From Bacteroidia bacterium (GTDB taxonomy: Bacteria > Bacteroidota > Bacteroidia > M30B66), in the NCBI GenBank assembly GCA_965279035.1, contig OZ257142.1:704001-768000 (forward strand): DNA of 64,000 nucleotides, given 5' to 3'. Shown here one piece after another: positions 36,539 through 46,129 of the stretch. Each line of letters starts with the position of its first letter. Position 1 is the stretch's first letter. Under the pieces are notes generated by a model. That model saw only the letters and a program-made list of their open reading frames with translations, did no database searches and was not told where the DNA came from. Position numbers and translations under genes: made by a program.

Positions 36539-37747
36539 TTAGGGTTGAATTGATTGTGCTTCCTGTAATGTAATGCGTTGATTGTTTTGAAATGCAACCA
36601 CAAAGGCATCACCGAATCCGGCCTTCTTCAATTCGGCGAGCAATTTAAGCGCTTCTTCCTGTTTCTCACAGTGCCCAACAGTATATTTCCAGGATTTATT
36701 GAATTTATATTCCCATACATCGGTTCGTCCTTTGAAACGTGCCGATTTCAATGAGATTTTTTCGGGTGATGTATACACTTGAATTCTGTAAACAATTCCA
36801 GAATTATCAGCTGTTAAAGCTGGATTTACTTCTTGTTTTTCGGGGCTTTTTTCAGGAACAACTTTATGCTCAATTGGTTTTTCCACTTTTACTTGAACAT
36901 CCTCTTCCTCATTGGGAAATTGCAAGTCGTGCCTTTCGTTAGTGCCATCAATCCAACTTTTATAGGTATCCAAAGCCTTTAAAATGGAATTGGCAATCTT
37001 TTGTTGACCAGCTGCCGATTTCAAATATTTCTCTTCTTCCCCATTGGTTAAAAATCCCGTTTCGATCAACACACTCGGCATCGTTGTGCGATATAAAACG
37101 AGAAAGCCAGCTTGCTTAACTCCCCGATTATGGCGCGCTCCATAGGTTTTAAATTCGTGTTGAAGTCGATCGGCGAAATACAGACTTTGATCTAAAAATG
37201 CATTCTGATACAAGGAAAAAATAATATTTGCCTCAGGACTGTTAGGATCAAAACCGTCGTATTTTTTTTGGTAATTATCTTCCTGAAGGATAACCGCATT
37301 TTCGCGTTTTGCCACATTGAGGTTATCGGTGCTTTTATGAAGACCCATCACGAATGTTTCTGCGCCAAAGGCTGTTTTTGGTCCACTGTTGCAATGGATG
37401 CAAATAAACAAATCTGCTTTATTCTCATTCGCAATCTGTGCACGTCGATACAGTTCAACAAACACATCTGTCTTCCGCGTAAAGATCACTTTTACATCGG
37501 GAAAGTTAGCTTCAATGAGCTTTCCTAATTTTAAGGAAACTGCTAAAGCCACATTTTTTTCATAAGCTCCTGCTCCATGACATCCGCTATCATGTCCACC
37601 ATGACCAGGATCTATCACAATGGTTCTCAAACCATTTTCACGATGAATGTTTTGATCAGCTTGAATTGATGGCAGAAATAACACTGTAATCCCTGCAAGT
37701 AGCAGAGTAAACAGAAGAATAAAACGTTTTTTTAGCAGGTATTTCAT
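36539..37747 (-). CDS. N-acetylmuramoyl-L-alanine amidase (Amidase_3) with C-terminal SPOR-like domain
   Basis: IDPGHGGHD, EKNVAL, FICIHCN, PSVLIETGF; C-terminal YRIQV..GFGDAFVVAF. Confidence 0.94.
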   Translation of the reverse strand: MKYLLKKRFILLFTLLLAGITVLFLPSIQADQNIHRENGLRTIVIDPGHGGHDSGCHGAGAYEKNVALAVSLKLGKLIEANFPDVKVIFTRKTDVFVELYRRAQIANENKADLFICIHCNSGPKTAFGAETFVMGLHKSTDNLNVAKRENAVILQEDNYQKKYDGFDPNSPEANIIFSLYQNAFLDQSLYFADRLQHEFKTYGARHNRGVKQAGFLVLYRTTMPSVLIETGFLTNGEEEKYLKSAAGQQKIANSILKALDTYKSWIDGTNERHDLQFPNEEEDVQVKVEKPIEHKVVPEKSPEKQEVNPALTADNSGIVYRIQVYTSPEKISLKSARFKGRTDVWEYKFNKSWKYTVGHCEKQEEALKLLAELKKAGFGDAFVVAFQNNQRITLQEAQSIQP

Positions 37748-37787
37748 GAGACTGATACAGCTTTGAAACGAGGTTGCAACGAAATAA

Positions 37788-37830
37788 ATTAGTTTTGCAC
37801 TCGTTTCGAAACGGATTTTACAAAACTAAT
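37788..37830. promoter_or_regulatory. Face-to-face -7 boxes (TAGTTTTG on both strands) flanking palindrome CGTTTCGAAACG
   Basis: attagttttg (37788-37797) / caaaactaat (37821-37830); 12 bp perfect palindrome at 37802-37813. Confidence 0.6.
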
Positions 37831-37841
37831 CGGCAGCAACC

Positions 37842-40391
37842 TTGCGATTACGTATAGCGCTACGGCACTTAACAACAGTTTTATTCACAGTTGTGGCTTT
37901 TGCCAGTTTGCTTGTGCAATCTGCTGTTTTGAACGCGCAAGTGCCCGATTCATTGCCTGTTGCAGATACTTCCAAGAAAGTTATTGCGCTCCCGCCAGGC
38001 TCTTTACCCCCTTCTCCCGATGCGCTTGATTCAAAAGTTGAGTACAAAGCCCGCGATTCAATGCGCTTTGATTTGAAGCAAAAGAAAATCTTTTTGTATG
38101 GTGCTGCCGATGTTAAATACGATCAAATTCACCTAACTGCCGATTACATCGAAATCAATTGGGGAACAAATGTCGTTCATGCCGAAGGTCGTCCCGATTC
38201 GACGGGGAAAATTGTTGGACATCCTGTTTTTGATGAAGGCACTCAAACGTTCGATGCCGAAAGGATGGACTATAATTTCAAAACGAAAAAGGGAAGAATC
38301 TCAGGAATCTTTACCAAACAGGGCGATGGGTATTTACATGGTGATCAAGTAAAGAAGAATGAAAAAGATCAGTTTTTCATCCGCAACGGGAAATACACCA
38401 CGTGCAATCTCCCCGATCATCCCCACTTTTATATCAATGCTACCAAAATCAAAGTTTTACCCAACGATAAAATTGTTTCTGGGCCAGCCAATCTTTGGAT
38501 AGAAGATGTCCCAACACCTTTAGCTGTTCCTTTTGGAATTTTTCCCAACACAACTAAACGCCAATCAGGTGTGATTTTTCCAACGTATGGTGAATCGCCC
38601 GGACTTGGTTTTTACCTTCAAGAAGGCGGTTATTATTTTGGAATCAACGATTATATCGATGCTTCAATACGAGGCAATATTTATTCAAGAGGTTCTTGGG
38701 GACTAAGTGCCGGAACATCCTATAATTACCGCTATCATTTTAATGGAAGTATGGATTTGAGGTTTTCGAAAATACTTCGGGGCGATCCTGATTTACTTGG
38801 TTCCTCAATCAATAAAGACTTTTTCATAAACTGGAAACACAGTCAAGATCCTAAATCCAGACCGAATTCTCGTTTCTCTGCTTCGGTTCAAGCAGGAACA
38901 AGTAATTACAATAAACTCAATTCTTTTAATACAAATAACATTGTAGCTAATACATTTCAATCGAGTATTTCGTATGCTAAAACCTTTGCGAACACCCCGT
39001 TCAATATGGTCATTAGCGCAGGTCATAGTCAGAATACGGCAACTAAAATCATAACGATTTCTGCACCTGAGCTTCAATTGAATATGAATCGCTATTATCC
39101 TTTAAAGCGGAAAAATCCGATTGGTGAACAACGTTGGTACGAAAAGCTTGGTGTAACGTATACCATGCAAAGCAAAAACACCATATCTCAAGCAGATTCA
39201 CTTTATGGAAGGCCTGGCTGGACTCAGAAATTCAACAATGGTGTGCAACACCAAATTCCTATTTCAACCTCCGTTCAATTTCTAAAATTCTTCACCTTTT
39301 CTCCTGGAATTAATTACACCGAACGATGGTACTTTAATACCATTGAAAAATACTACAATGAAAAAACGGGAACAGTTGCTGAAGACACCATTCGTGGATT
39401 CAAATCAACACGCGAATGGAACGCCAATGCGAACATCAGTACTCGTTTATATGGATTTCTGAAATTGGGAAAAAATACTGTTCGTAATGTAATGACTCCT
39501 CAAGTGAGCTTTCGGTATCAACCCGATTTCAGCACACGGAAATATGGATTTTATGGACCCAATGGAACAGTAGGATATTATTCTCCTTATGATCATGGAA
39601 TTTATGGACAGCCTTCAGTCGGCCGACAAGGAACCGTTGGATTAAGTTTAAACAACAATTTAGAAGCGAAAGTCCGTTCGAAACGAGATACCACAGGTAC
39701 AGGTTTGAAAAAAATTATTCTCTTTGATGCATTCAACTTTTCAACGGCATACAACCTTGCAGCCGATTCTTTGAACTGGCAAAATTTAGCCATCAATGCA
39801 AGAACTAAACTCTTTAAAAAACTCGACGTTGTTTACAGCAGCACACACGATTTTTATGCGTACGACACCATCGCGAAAACACGCATTAATACGTTTGAAT
39901 ATGATAAAACGGGACATCTTTTTAGAACAGTAAATACCAATTTGTCTTTAACTACAACTCTCGCCTCTGCCAAAAAACAAAAGTTGAGTTCTAAAGCAGG
40001 AACCGATGCAGAGCGAGCAGATCTTTCGCGTAACCCCAATAGTTATGTCGATTTTACTATTCCTTGGTCGCTAAATGCAGGCTTTGTTTTTAGTAAAACA
40101 GTTTCTGGTAACAATACAATTATCAATGAAGTATTGAATGTAAGTGGAGATTTAAATCTAACCTCGAAATGGAAAATTGGATTTAGTACAGGTTATGATT
40201 TTTACAAAAAGAAAGTCTCTCTTACCACAGTGGATATTTTCCGCGATTTACATTGCTGGGAGATGCATTTTAATTGGATTCCTTTTGGATTTAGACAGAG
40301 TTATAATTTCACCATCAATGTGAAATCATCCATGCTTCAGGATTTAAAAGTAAATCGAAGAAGACAATGGTATGATGTGCAAAACCAATAA
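37842..40391 (+). CDS. lptD: Putative LPS assembly protein LptD (Bacteroidota type)
   Basis: Y.ARDS..F, LYG.A.V.Y, YTTC..PHF, beta-barrel region, RDLHCWEM.F.WIPFG..SY.F. Confidence 0.9.
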   Translation: MRLRIALRHLTTVLFTVVAFASLLVQSAVLNAQVPDSLPVADTSKKVIALPPGSLPPSPDALDSKVEYKARDSMRFDLKQKKIFLYGAADVKYDQIHLTADYIEINWGTNVVHAEGRPDSTGKIVGHPVFDEGTQTFDAERMDYNFKTKKGRISGIFTKQGDGYLHGDQVKKNEKDQFFIRNGKYTTCNLPDHPHFYINATKIKVLPNDKIVSGPANLWIEDVPTPLAVPFGIFPNTTKRQSGVIFPTYGESPGLGFYLQEGGYYFGINDYIDASIRGNIYSRGSWGLSAGTSYNYRYHFNGSMDLRFSKILRGDPDLLGSSINKDFFINWKHSQDPKSRPNSRFSASVQAGTSNYNKLNSFNTNNIVANTFQSSISYAKTFANTPFNMVISAGHSQNTATKIITISAPELQLNMNRYYPLKRKNPIGEQRWYEKLGVTYTMQSKNTISQADSLYGRPGWTQKFNNGVQHQIPISTSVQFLKFFTFSPGINYTERWYFNTIEKYYNEKTGTVAEDTIRGFKSTREWNANANISTRLYGFLKLGKNTVRNVMTPQVSFRYQPDFSTRKYGFYGPNGTVGYYSPYDHGIYGQPSVGRQGTVGLSLNNNLEAKVRSKRDTTGTGLKKIILFDAFNFSTAYNLAADSLNWQNLAINARTKLFKKLDVVYSSTHDFYAYDTIAKTRINTFEYDKTGHLFRTVNTNLSLTTTLASAKKQKLSSKAGTDAERADLSRNPNSYVDFTIPWSLNAGFVFSKTVSGNNTIINEVLNVSGDLNLTSKWKIGFSTGYDFYKKKVSLTTVDIFRDLHCWEMHFNWIPFGFRQSYNFTINVKSSMLQDLKVNRRRQWYDVQNQ

Positions 40392-40392
40392 A

Positions 40393-41298
40393 TCACGATT
40401 GTTGGCTTCTCTGACGAAGAAGAATTTTGCGATAATGCAACCACTCATAAGTAATACTGAGACTTAGCAGCATTACAGGCAAGCAAATCAACCAGGAAAT
40501 AGATTCTAAATAAATTGTTCCTGTTTTTCCGAAAGAAATCGTTCCCCAACAGGCAAGACCAAACAAACCAAGTGGAATGGTTCTGTACCACATATACTCA
40601 TAACGGGCTTCAATCCAAGAAGAAACATCACCTTTTTTCACTTGCTTATTTAATTCTTTCGCAACCGTTTCGAGTGCCATATTATACAAACTGTACAAAG
40701 CATAAAAAACCATCATGGGTGGAAAGAATAATACTGCTCCCATCAAGCCTACAATACTCATAAGCAGGAAAGCAGCAATCAAGAAAATAGCCCCAAATAA
40801 TAAACGGAAAAACCGATAGATCGCGAAAGCAAATCCATTTAGTTTGTCTTCACCGGGATAATGTTTTTCAATTAAGTTTTCATACCATTTTCCAATGATA
40901 GCTGCAGGAGAAAAAGTCCATTTAATCGTCTTAGATCGCGTCTTTTTTCTATCGCTTGAGAGGAGCTGAAATAACTTCAGCACATTGTCCATTTCTTTGA
41001 TTAATGGTGATTCTACAATCTTTGGTGGAGGAGGCGGAGGTCTTCTTTCGCGACGAACAATTGGATCAGTTGCTCGATGAGATTCGGGCGAATTAATAAC
41101 GAATTCTGATTTCCTTAGAAGCAATTCGCTCGCTTGTCTGGCAGAAATAAATTGCTTAGAAGCCTGCTCTTGCAAACGCTCATCCCGATGTTTATCTGGA
41201 TGAAATATCTTTGCTTTTGACCTAAAAGCTTTACGCACATCGTCGTGGCTAACAGGCAATTGCAAGTCAAGTATGGCTATAGCTTCTCGTATGGTCAT
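40393..41298 (-). CDS. J-domain (DnaJ-like) membrane protein
   Basis: N-terminal AIAILDL..VRKAFR..FHPDK..F..A J-domain; Pro-rich linker; several TM segments. Confidence 0.8.
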   Translation of the reverse strand: MTIREAIAILDLQLPVSHDDVRKAFRSKAKIFHPDKHRDERLQEQASKQFISARQASELLLRKSEFVINSPESHRATDPIVRRERRPPPPPPKIVESPLIKEMDNVLKLFQLLSSDRKKTRSKTIKWTFSPAAIIGKWYENLIEKHYPGEDKLNGFAFAIYRFFRLLFGAIFLIAAFLLMSIVGLMGAVLFFPPMMVFYALYSLYNMALETVAKELNKQVKKGDVSSWIEARYEYMWYRTIPLGLFGLACWGTISFGKTGTIYLESISWLICLPVMLLSLSITYEWLHYRKILLRQRSQQS

Positions 41299-41393
41299 CC
41301 TCTAAATAACTCAGTCAAAAGCCAAATTGTTGTATGCGGCTTCTTGCTTTTCTTGCTGCAAATTTACATTACCTTTCGGCATTCTTCTTTTTC

Positions 41394-42350
41394 ATGAAAC
41401 TTACGCCTGCCCGAACACTTGCCGAAATTGCCGATTTAATCCATGCCCGTTTCTACGGAAACCCCGATCATCTAGTTACTGGCATCAATGAAATTCATAA
41501 AGTAGAAGTTGGAGATCTTTCTTTTGTTGATCATCCAAAATACTATGACAAATGTTTGAACTCAGCGGCAACAACCATTCTTATCAATAAAGAAGTCGAT
41601 TGTCCCGATGGCAAAGGTTTACTTTTTAGTGATGATCCGTTTAGAGATTATAATTTTTTAGTCGATTTCTTTCGCCCATTTCAACCCGCTGAAAAATTAG
41701 TAAATACCTCAGCGAAAATTGGCGAAGGAACCATTATTCAACCTGGTGCTTTTGTTGGAAATCATGTGGTGATTGGTCGCGATTGTTTGATTCATCCCAA
41801 CGTGGTAATTTATGACCACTGTGTTTTGGGCGATCGTGTGGTTATTCATGCTGGAACCATTATCGGTGCTGATGCTTTCTACTTTAAACGACGTCCCGAA
41901 GGATATGATAAAATGAAAAGTTGCGGTCGCGTTGTGATTGGCGATGACGTCGAAATTGGCGCTGGTTGTACAATCGATAAAGGCGTTACTGGCGATACCG
42001 TGATTGGTCGTGGAACTAAATTCGACAACCAAATTCATATTGGGCATGATACCGTTGTGGGTGAAGATTGTCTCTTTGCAGCTCAAGTAGGAGTTGCAGG
42101 AGTTGCTACAATAGAAAATAATGTCACCATTTGGGGACAGGTCGGCGTTTCGAAAGATTTAACGATTGGATCGGGAGCAATTATTCTTGCAAAAAGCGGT
42201 GTTGGTAAATCCCTCAAAGGAAATACTACGTACTTTGGAATACCGGTGTCGGAGGCGCGTGAAAAGATGCGCGATCTAGCTAATATCAAACGCATACCTG
42301 ATATTCTCGATACGGTTTACAAACGCACACAGGATAATAAAGAAGATTAA
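41394..42350 (+). CDS. lpxD: UDP-3-O-(3-hydroxyacyl)glucosamine N-acyltransferase (LpxD-like)
   Basis: GDLSFVDHPKY, hexapeptide repeats, IGADAF, VEIGAGCTIDKG, TKFDNQIHIGH; ATG at 41394. Confidence 0.88.
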   Translation: MKLTPARTLAEIADLIHARFYGNPDHLVTGINEIHKVEVGDLSFVDHPKYYDKCLNSAATTILINKEVDCPDGKGLLFSDDPFRDYNFLVDFFRPFQPAEKLVNTSAKIGEGTIIQPGAFVGNHVVIGRDCLIHPNVVIYDHCVLGDRVVIHAGTIIGADAFYFKRRPEGYDKMKSCGRVVIGDDVEIGAGCTIDKGVTGDTVIGRGTKFDNQIHIGHDTVVGEDCLFAAQVGVAGVATIENNVTIWGQVGVSKDLTIGSGAIILAKSGVGKSLKGNTTYFGIPVSEAREKMRDLANIKRIPDILDTVYKRTQDNKED

Positions 42351-42367
42351 ATTAAATTGTAAAAACC

Positions 42368-43585
42368 GTGATTGAAACAGTGAAAGGGACTAACGATCAG
42401 CATTACCGAAAGCAATTGTATGCGCTTTTGCAGGTAACTCGCGCGATTAATAGCAACTTTCCAGCTTCCGATCTCTTCAGTATTTACGAGTATATTTTAG
42501 GACACCAACTCGGATTTACCAAGTTTGCCTATTGCAGTTTCGATGGAATTTGGCGATGGCCAATTTGCGTAGGTGCCATGCATGAAACATTGAGCATTCG
42601 CCCAGAAATCGATTTGGAGCCTTTTGTTGAGATGACTTTTCTTGCTGAACAAGATAATCCTCAGCTTCAGAATTTTGATTTAGTTGTTCCAATTCAACAT
42701 AAAAATCACCCATTAGCCTATTTATTAATTGGTGAATTGGATGTTGAGGAAATTCGAAATGAGCGGAAGTTTGATTTAGAATTTATTCAAACTATCTGCA
42801 ACATCATTGCTGTAGCCATTGAAAACAAACGACTTTTCAAAGAAAATATTCAACAAGAAATGTTTCGCCGTGAGTTAGAAATGGCGCGAGAAGTTCAAGC
42901 AATGTTAATTCCTTCTTCTTTGCCGAATGATGAAGTTGTTGATTTTGCTGCGTTCTATCAACCTCAACGTCAAGTCGGTGGCGATTACTACGATTTCATC
43001 CGCATAAACGATAATGAAATGGTTTTTTGTGTGGCCGATGTTTCTGGGAAAGGAGTTTCTGCTGCTATTCTTATGGCAAATTTTCAGGCCTATTTGAGAG
43101 CCATGGTTCAGAATCAACCCGATCTTGAAAAGCTTGTCAGCGACTTAAATGATAAAGTTGTTCAAAGTGCAAAAGGAGAAAAATTCATCACGCTTTTCAT
43201 CGCACATTATAATCAAGTTACACGAATGCTCCATTATGTGAATGCAGGTCACAATCCACCAATTCTGCATAAACCCGATGGCGTCGAAATTCTCAAATTA
43301 GGAACGACTGGTTTGGGGATGATTGAAAAATTATATCGACTGGATTCGGGGAATGTTGAAATTCCACCAGGTTCGGTGTTGGTTTGTTATACCGATGGTT
43401 TGGTAGAGCAAGAAGATGATTCAGGAAGTGATTTTGGAATCGAGCACTTGATCGAATTTATTGAGCAAAATGCCGAATTGAGTTCAGAACAAATCAATGC
43501 TTCTTTGGTGAAACACTTAATAAGCTTCAAAGGCGATCAACCGTATATCGATGATATTGCCTTGCTTACCTGTCGTTTTCATTGA
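42368..43585 (+). CDS. PP2C/SpoIIE (RsbU-like) Ser/Thr phosphatase with GAF-like N-terminus
   Basis: VGGDYYD, ADVSGKG, NAGHNPP, YTDGLVE, DDIAL. Confidence 0.93.
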   Translation: MIETVKGTNDQHYRKQLYALLQVTRAINSNFPASDLFSIYEYILGHQLGFTKFAYCSFDGIWRWPICVGAMHETLSIRPEIDLEPFVEMTFLAEQDNPQLQNFDLVVPIQHKNHPLAYLLIGELDVEEIRNERKFDLEFIQTICNIIAVAIENKRLFKENIQQEMFRRELEMAREVQAMLIPSSLPNDEVVDFAAFYQPQRQVGGDYYDFIRINDNEMVFCVADVSGKGVSAAILMANFQAYLRAMVQNQPDLEKLVSDLNDKVVQSAKGEKFITLFIAHYNQVTRMLHYVNAGHNPPILHKPDGVEILKLGTTGLGMIEKLYRLDSGNVEIPPGSVLVCYTDGLVEQEDDSGSDFGIEHLIEFIEQNAELSSEQINASLVKHLISFKGDQPYIDDIALLTCRFH

Positions 43586-45078
43586 GCAATTGTACTTCCT
43601 TTTTTGGGTAGTTCTTCTTCCTTGTTATTGTGAAAAACATCCAAGGCAACCAACATGGCAATCATCGACCAAAATGGGGCAGAAGCTTTATCCTGATCGA
43701 GAAAATTGTTCAAAAAGCTATGAAGGAAATACGTTGATAATCCGATAAGAATTCCAATAGCTAGGAATTTCACTTCTTGAGATTTTGCAGTGATATAAAC
43801 CCTTCGGCCAGTTCTAACTGAAAGGATTACGATCATTAGATAACACAATGAGCCTATAAATCCAGATTCGGCTAATGGCCCAAGATATTCGCTATGCGCA
43901 TTCCCTAAAGTTCCCGCATTGGTGCTCACATAGGTGAGTTCATATGAACGCTGATAGGGTGCATATTGAAAGCGATAGGTTCCCGGCCCAAATCCCAGAA
44001 TGGGCTTTTTCTGAAACATCCGGATAGCCGATTTCCAACGATTAATCCGCTCTAAATTGGAAGCATCATTTTTAATGTTGGAGACTGATTTTAAATGTTT
44101 TGCAAGATCTTGAGAAGAACTTTGCTTGTTACTTGAGACCTTTTGCATGATATCGTCTTTGTAAACAAACAACACGGCAATTGCGATGATCAATCCACTT
44201 AAAACAATACGCCAATGGATTTTTAATAAGAAGATTAAATAAATCAAATACGCTCCAACAATGCTTAACCAAGCAGCTCGTGTATAGGAAACAATGATTC
44301 CTATAAAAATGATGAAGAAAAAGATGAGTGATGAGAATCGAGCTTTGGGTGAATAGGATTTATCGAAAGCAAATACAAACATCACTGGAAGCATCATCGC
44401 TATGACAGCTCCGTAAATTGTATGGTCCTTAAAAAAGGGCTGCATTACCCAGTACAATGCATTCTTATCAATATTATAATGGAAGAACTGAATGATGGAG
44501 TAAATAATTACAATGCTTAAAGGAATTGTGAAAAGCCAAATCCAAAAGCGGATGTTTTCTTTTTTCCTGAAAACCTGACTCGCTACGAAGTAAAACGAAA
44601 CCACAAACCACATCCGTGCAATCGTATACTTAATCGAAACCATGGGCATCGTGCTCGTTAACGAAGTAATTGTCATCCATAATAACATACAGATGATGGC
44701 TATGGTTACTGGATGTTTTGTAATTCGGCGATCAAATCCTCCTTCAAATAAAAGCTTGAAAAAAAACACGAGCATCACTCCAAAAAGCAATGGTTCTGTA
44801 GGAAGAGTTAATGCTGCATATTCGTTAAACTCTACGGTTAAGGAGAATGGAGTAAAGAATAAAATGAAATAAACCAGCTTGTCGAGCGATACGAGTGCTG
44901 AAAATAAAATAAGCAAGACCACCGGAATCAAAGGCAATAGGTAAACTTCTTGAGTTAGAAGCCAGGAATTTAATGCGATGAATGCACTAACAATCCCATA
45001 GAACCAAGCCGTTGGGCGGGAAAAAAAATGGAGAATACGATCACTCAAAACGACTACGGATTCGCTGAATGTTTTCAA
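43579..45078 (-). CDS. O-antigen ligase/polymerase family protein (WaaL/Wzy_C)
   Basis: Many TM helices, SYTRAAW, SNLERINRW, GFGPG, NAHSEYL; start uncertain (TTG 45078 or 45048). Confidence 0.88.
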   Translation of the reverse strand: MKTFSESVVVLSDRILHFFSRPTAWFYGIVSAFIALNSWLLTQEVYLLPLIPVVLLILFSALVSLDKLVYFILFFTPFSLTVEFNEYAALTLPTEPLLFGVMLVFFFKLLFEGGFDRRITKHPVTIAIICMLLWMTITSLTSTMPMVSIKYTIARMWFVVSFYFVASQVFRKKENIRFWIWLFTIPLSIVIIYSIIQFFHYNIDKNALYWVMQPFFKDHTIYGAVIAMMLPVMFVFAFDKSYSPKARFSSLIFFFIIFIGIIVSYTRAAWLSIVGAYLIYLIFLLKIHWRIVLSGLIIAIAVLFVYKDDIMQKVSSNKQSSSQDLAKHLKSVSNIKNDASNLERINRWKSAIRMFQKKPILGFGPGTYRFQYAPYQRSYELTYVSTNAGTLGNAHSEYLGPLAESGFIGSLCYLMIVILSVRTGRRVYITAKSQEVKFLAIGILIGLSTYFLHSFLNNFLDQDKASAPFWSMIAMLVALDVFHNNKEEELPKKGSTIAQ

Positions 45079-46066
45079 TAATAATAGTCAATACAACAGC
45101 TAAAAGAAAAGTAGCAACGGTTGAAACAAGAACGATCAACCAACGAACAGGGTAGCTTTTCTTTTCAGCAGGTTTCGCCAAATTCACAACAAATTTGTGT
45201 GGGATTTTATCTGTCGCATCTACTTTCGCTTCCTCATACTTGGTTTTCAATCGGCTTAAAGATTCCCGATCATGTTCCATGTCTTGCGTAATGGATGTAT
45301 ACAAACCACCATATTTAGCAAGAATGGCCATCTTCTCATCAATTTGTCGAGTAGCTGATGCACTTCCTGCCATCAAGGCTTTTCCGTATGCTTCACTCAA
45401 ACGTTCAACTTGAGAATCATAATCCAAAACACCTAAATCGCGTAGTTTATTTAAGGTGTCTTCGCGCGCTTGCAGATAATGAGTAAAATCGAAATATTCC
45501 TTTTGAACAATGGCTAAAGCCTGTGAAGCTCGTTCATGCTGCATTCGGGTTTTTACAGTATCGATTAAGGTACAGATTTCATTGGCGATATCAGCAGCTA
45601 GCTTGGGATCTTCATCCATCACATCTACCCGAACCGATAAATACTCAGTACGATTGAAAGAGATGTTCTCCTCAAACATTTTGTTGAGTTCAGTCATTGG
45701 ATATCGCCCATCTTTATTGATGCGATAATGCTCCATCAAATTATACTTCGAAATCAATCGTTCCCGAATCTCATCCGAATTCAAAATTTGAAGCATTTGC
45801 TCAACTTGCTCTTCTTCTCCAAACTGAAGGATATTCTCTTTCTCAAAAGAATTCTCACTTAAAAGCGATTTAGAAATGGAACTGTTGGTCGTCGGAAACA
45901 TAATGACCGATGACTTGAAGCGTGGTTTGATGAAAAATTCTGATGAAAATACCACTGATGCAATGAGTGCAGCCAGTGTTGCGATCAAAATCGGCTTACG
46001 TTTCTTCCAGAGAAATATCAACAAGTTTGTTGAATCAAACAGGCTTCCCGGTTGTGTTGACTCCAT
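45041..46066 (-). CDS. Wzz/polysaccharide chain-length determinant family protein
   Basis: N- and C-terminal TM helices, periplasmic coiled coil, A.PAEKKSYP.R. Confidence 0.88.
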   Translation of the reverse strand: MESTQPGSLFDSTNLLIFLWKKRKPILIATLAALIASVVFSSEFFIKPRFKSSVIMFPTTNSSISKSLLSENSFEKENILQFGEEEQVEQMLQILNSDEIRERLISKYNLMEHYRINKDGRYPMTELNKMFEENISFNRTEYLSVRVDVMDEDPKLAADIANEICTLIDTVKTRMQHERASQALAIVQKEYFDFTHYLQAREDTLNKLRDLGVLDYDSQVERLSEAYGKALMAGSASATRQIDEKMAILAKYGGLYTSITQDMEHDRESLSRLKTKYEEAKVDATDKIPHKFVVNLAKPAEKKSYPVRWLIVLVSTVATFLLAVVLTIIIENIQRIRSRFE

Positions 46067-46129
46067 ATTGAATTGGATTCTATCTTTAGTTTGCCCGCAA
46101 AAGTAGCATTTTCAGCCCATTTGCTTTAA

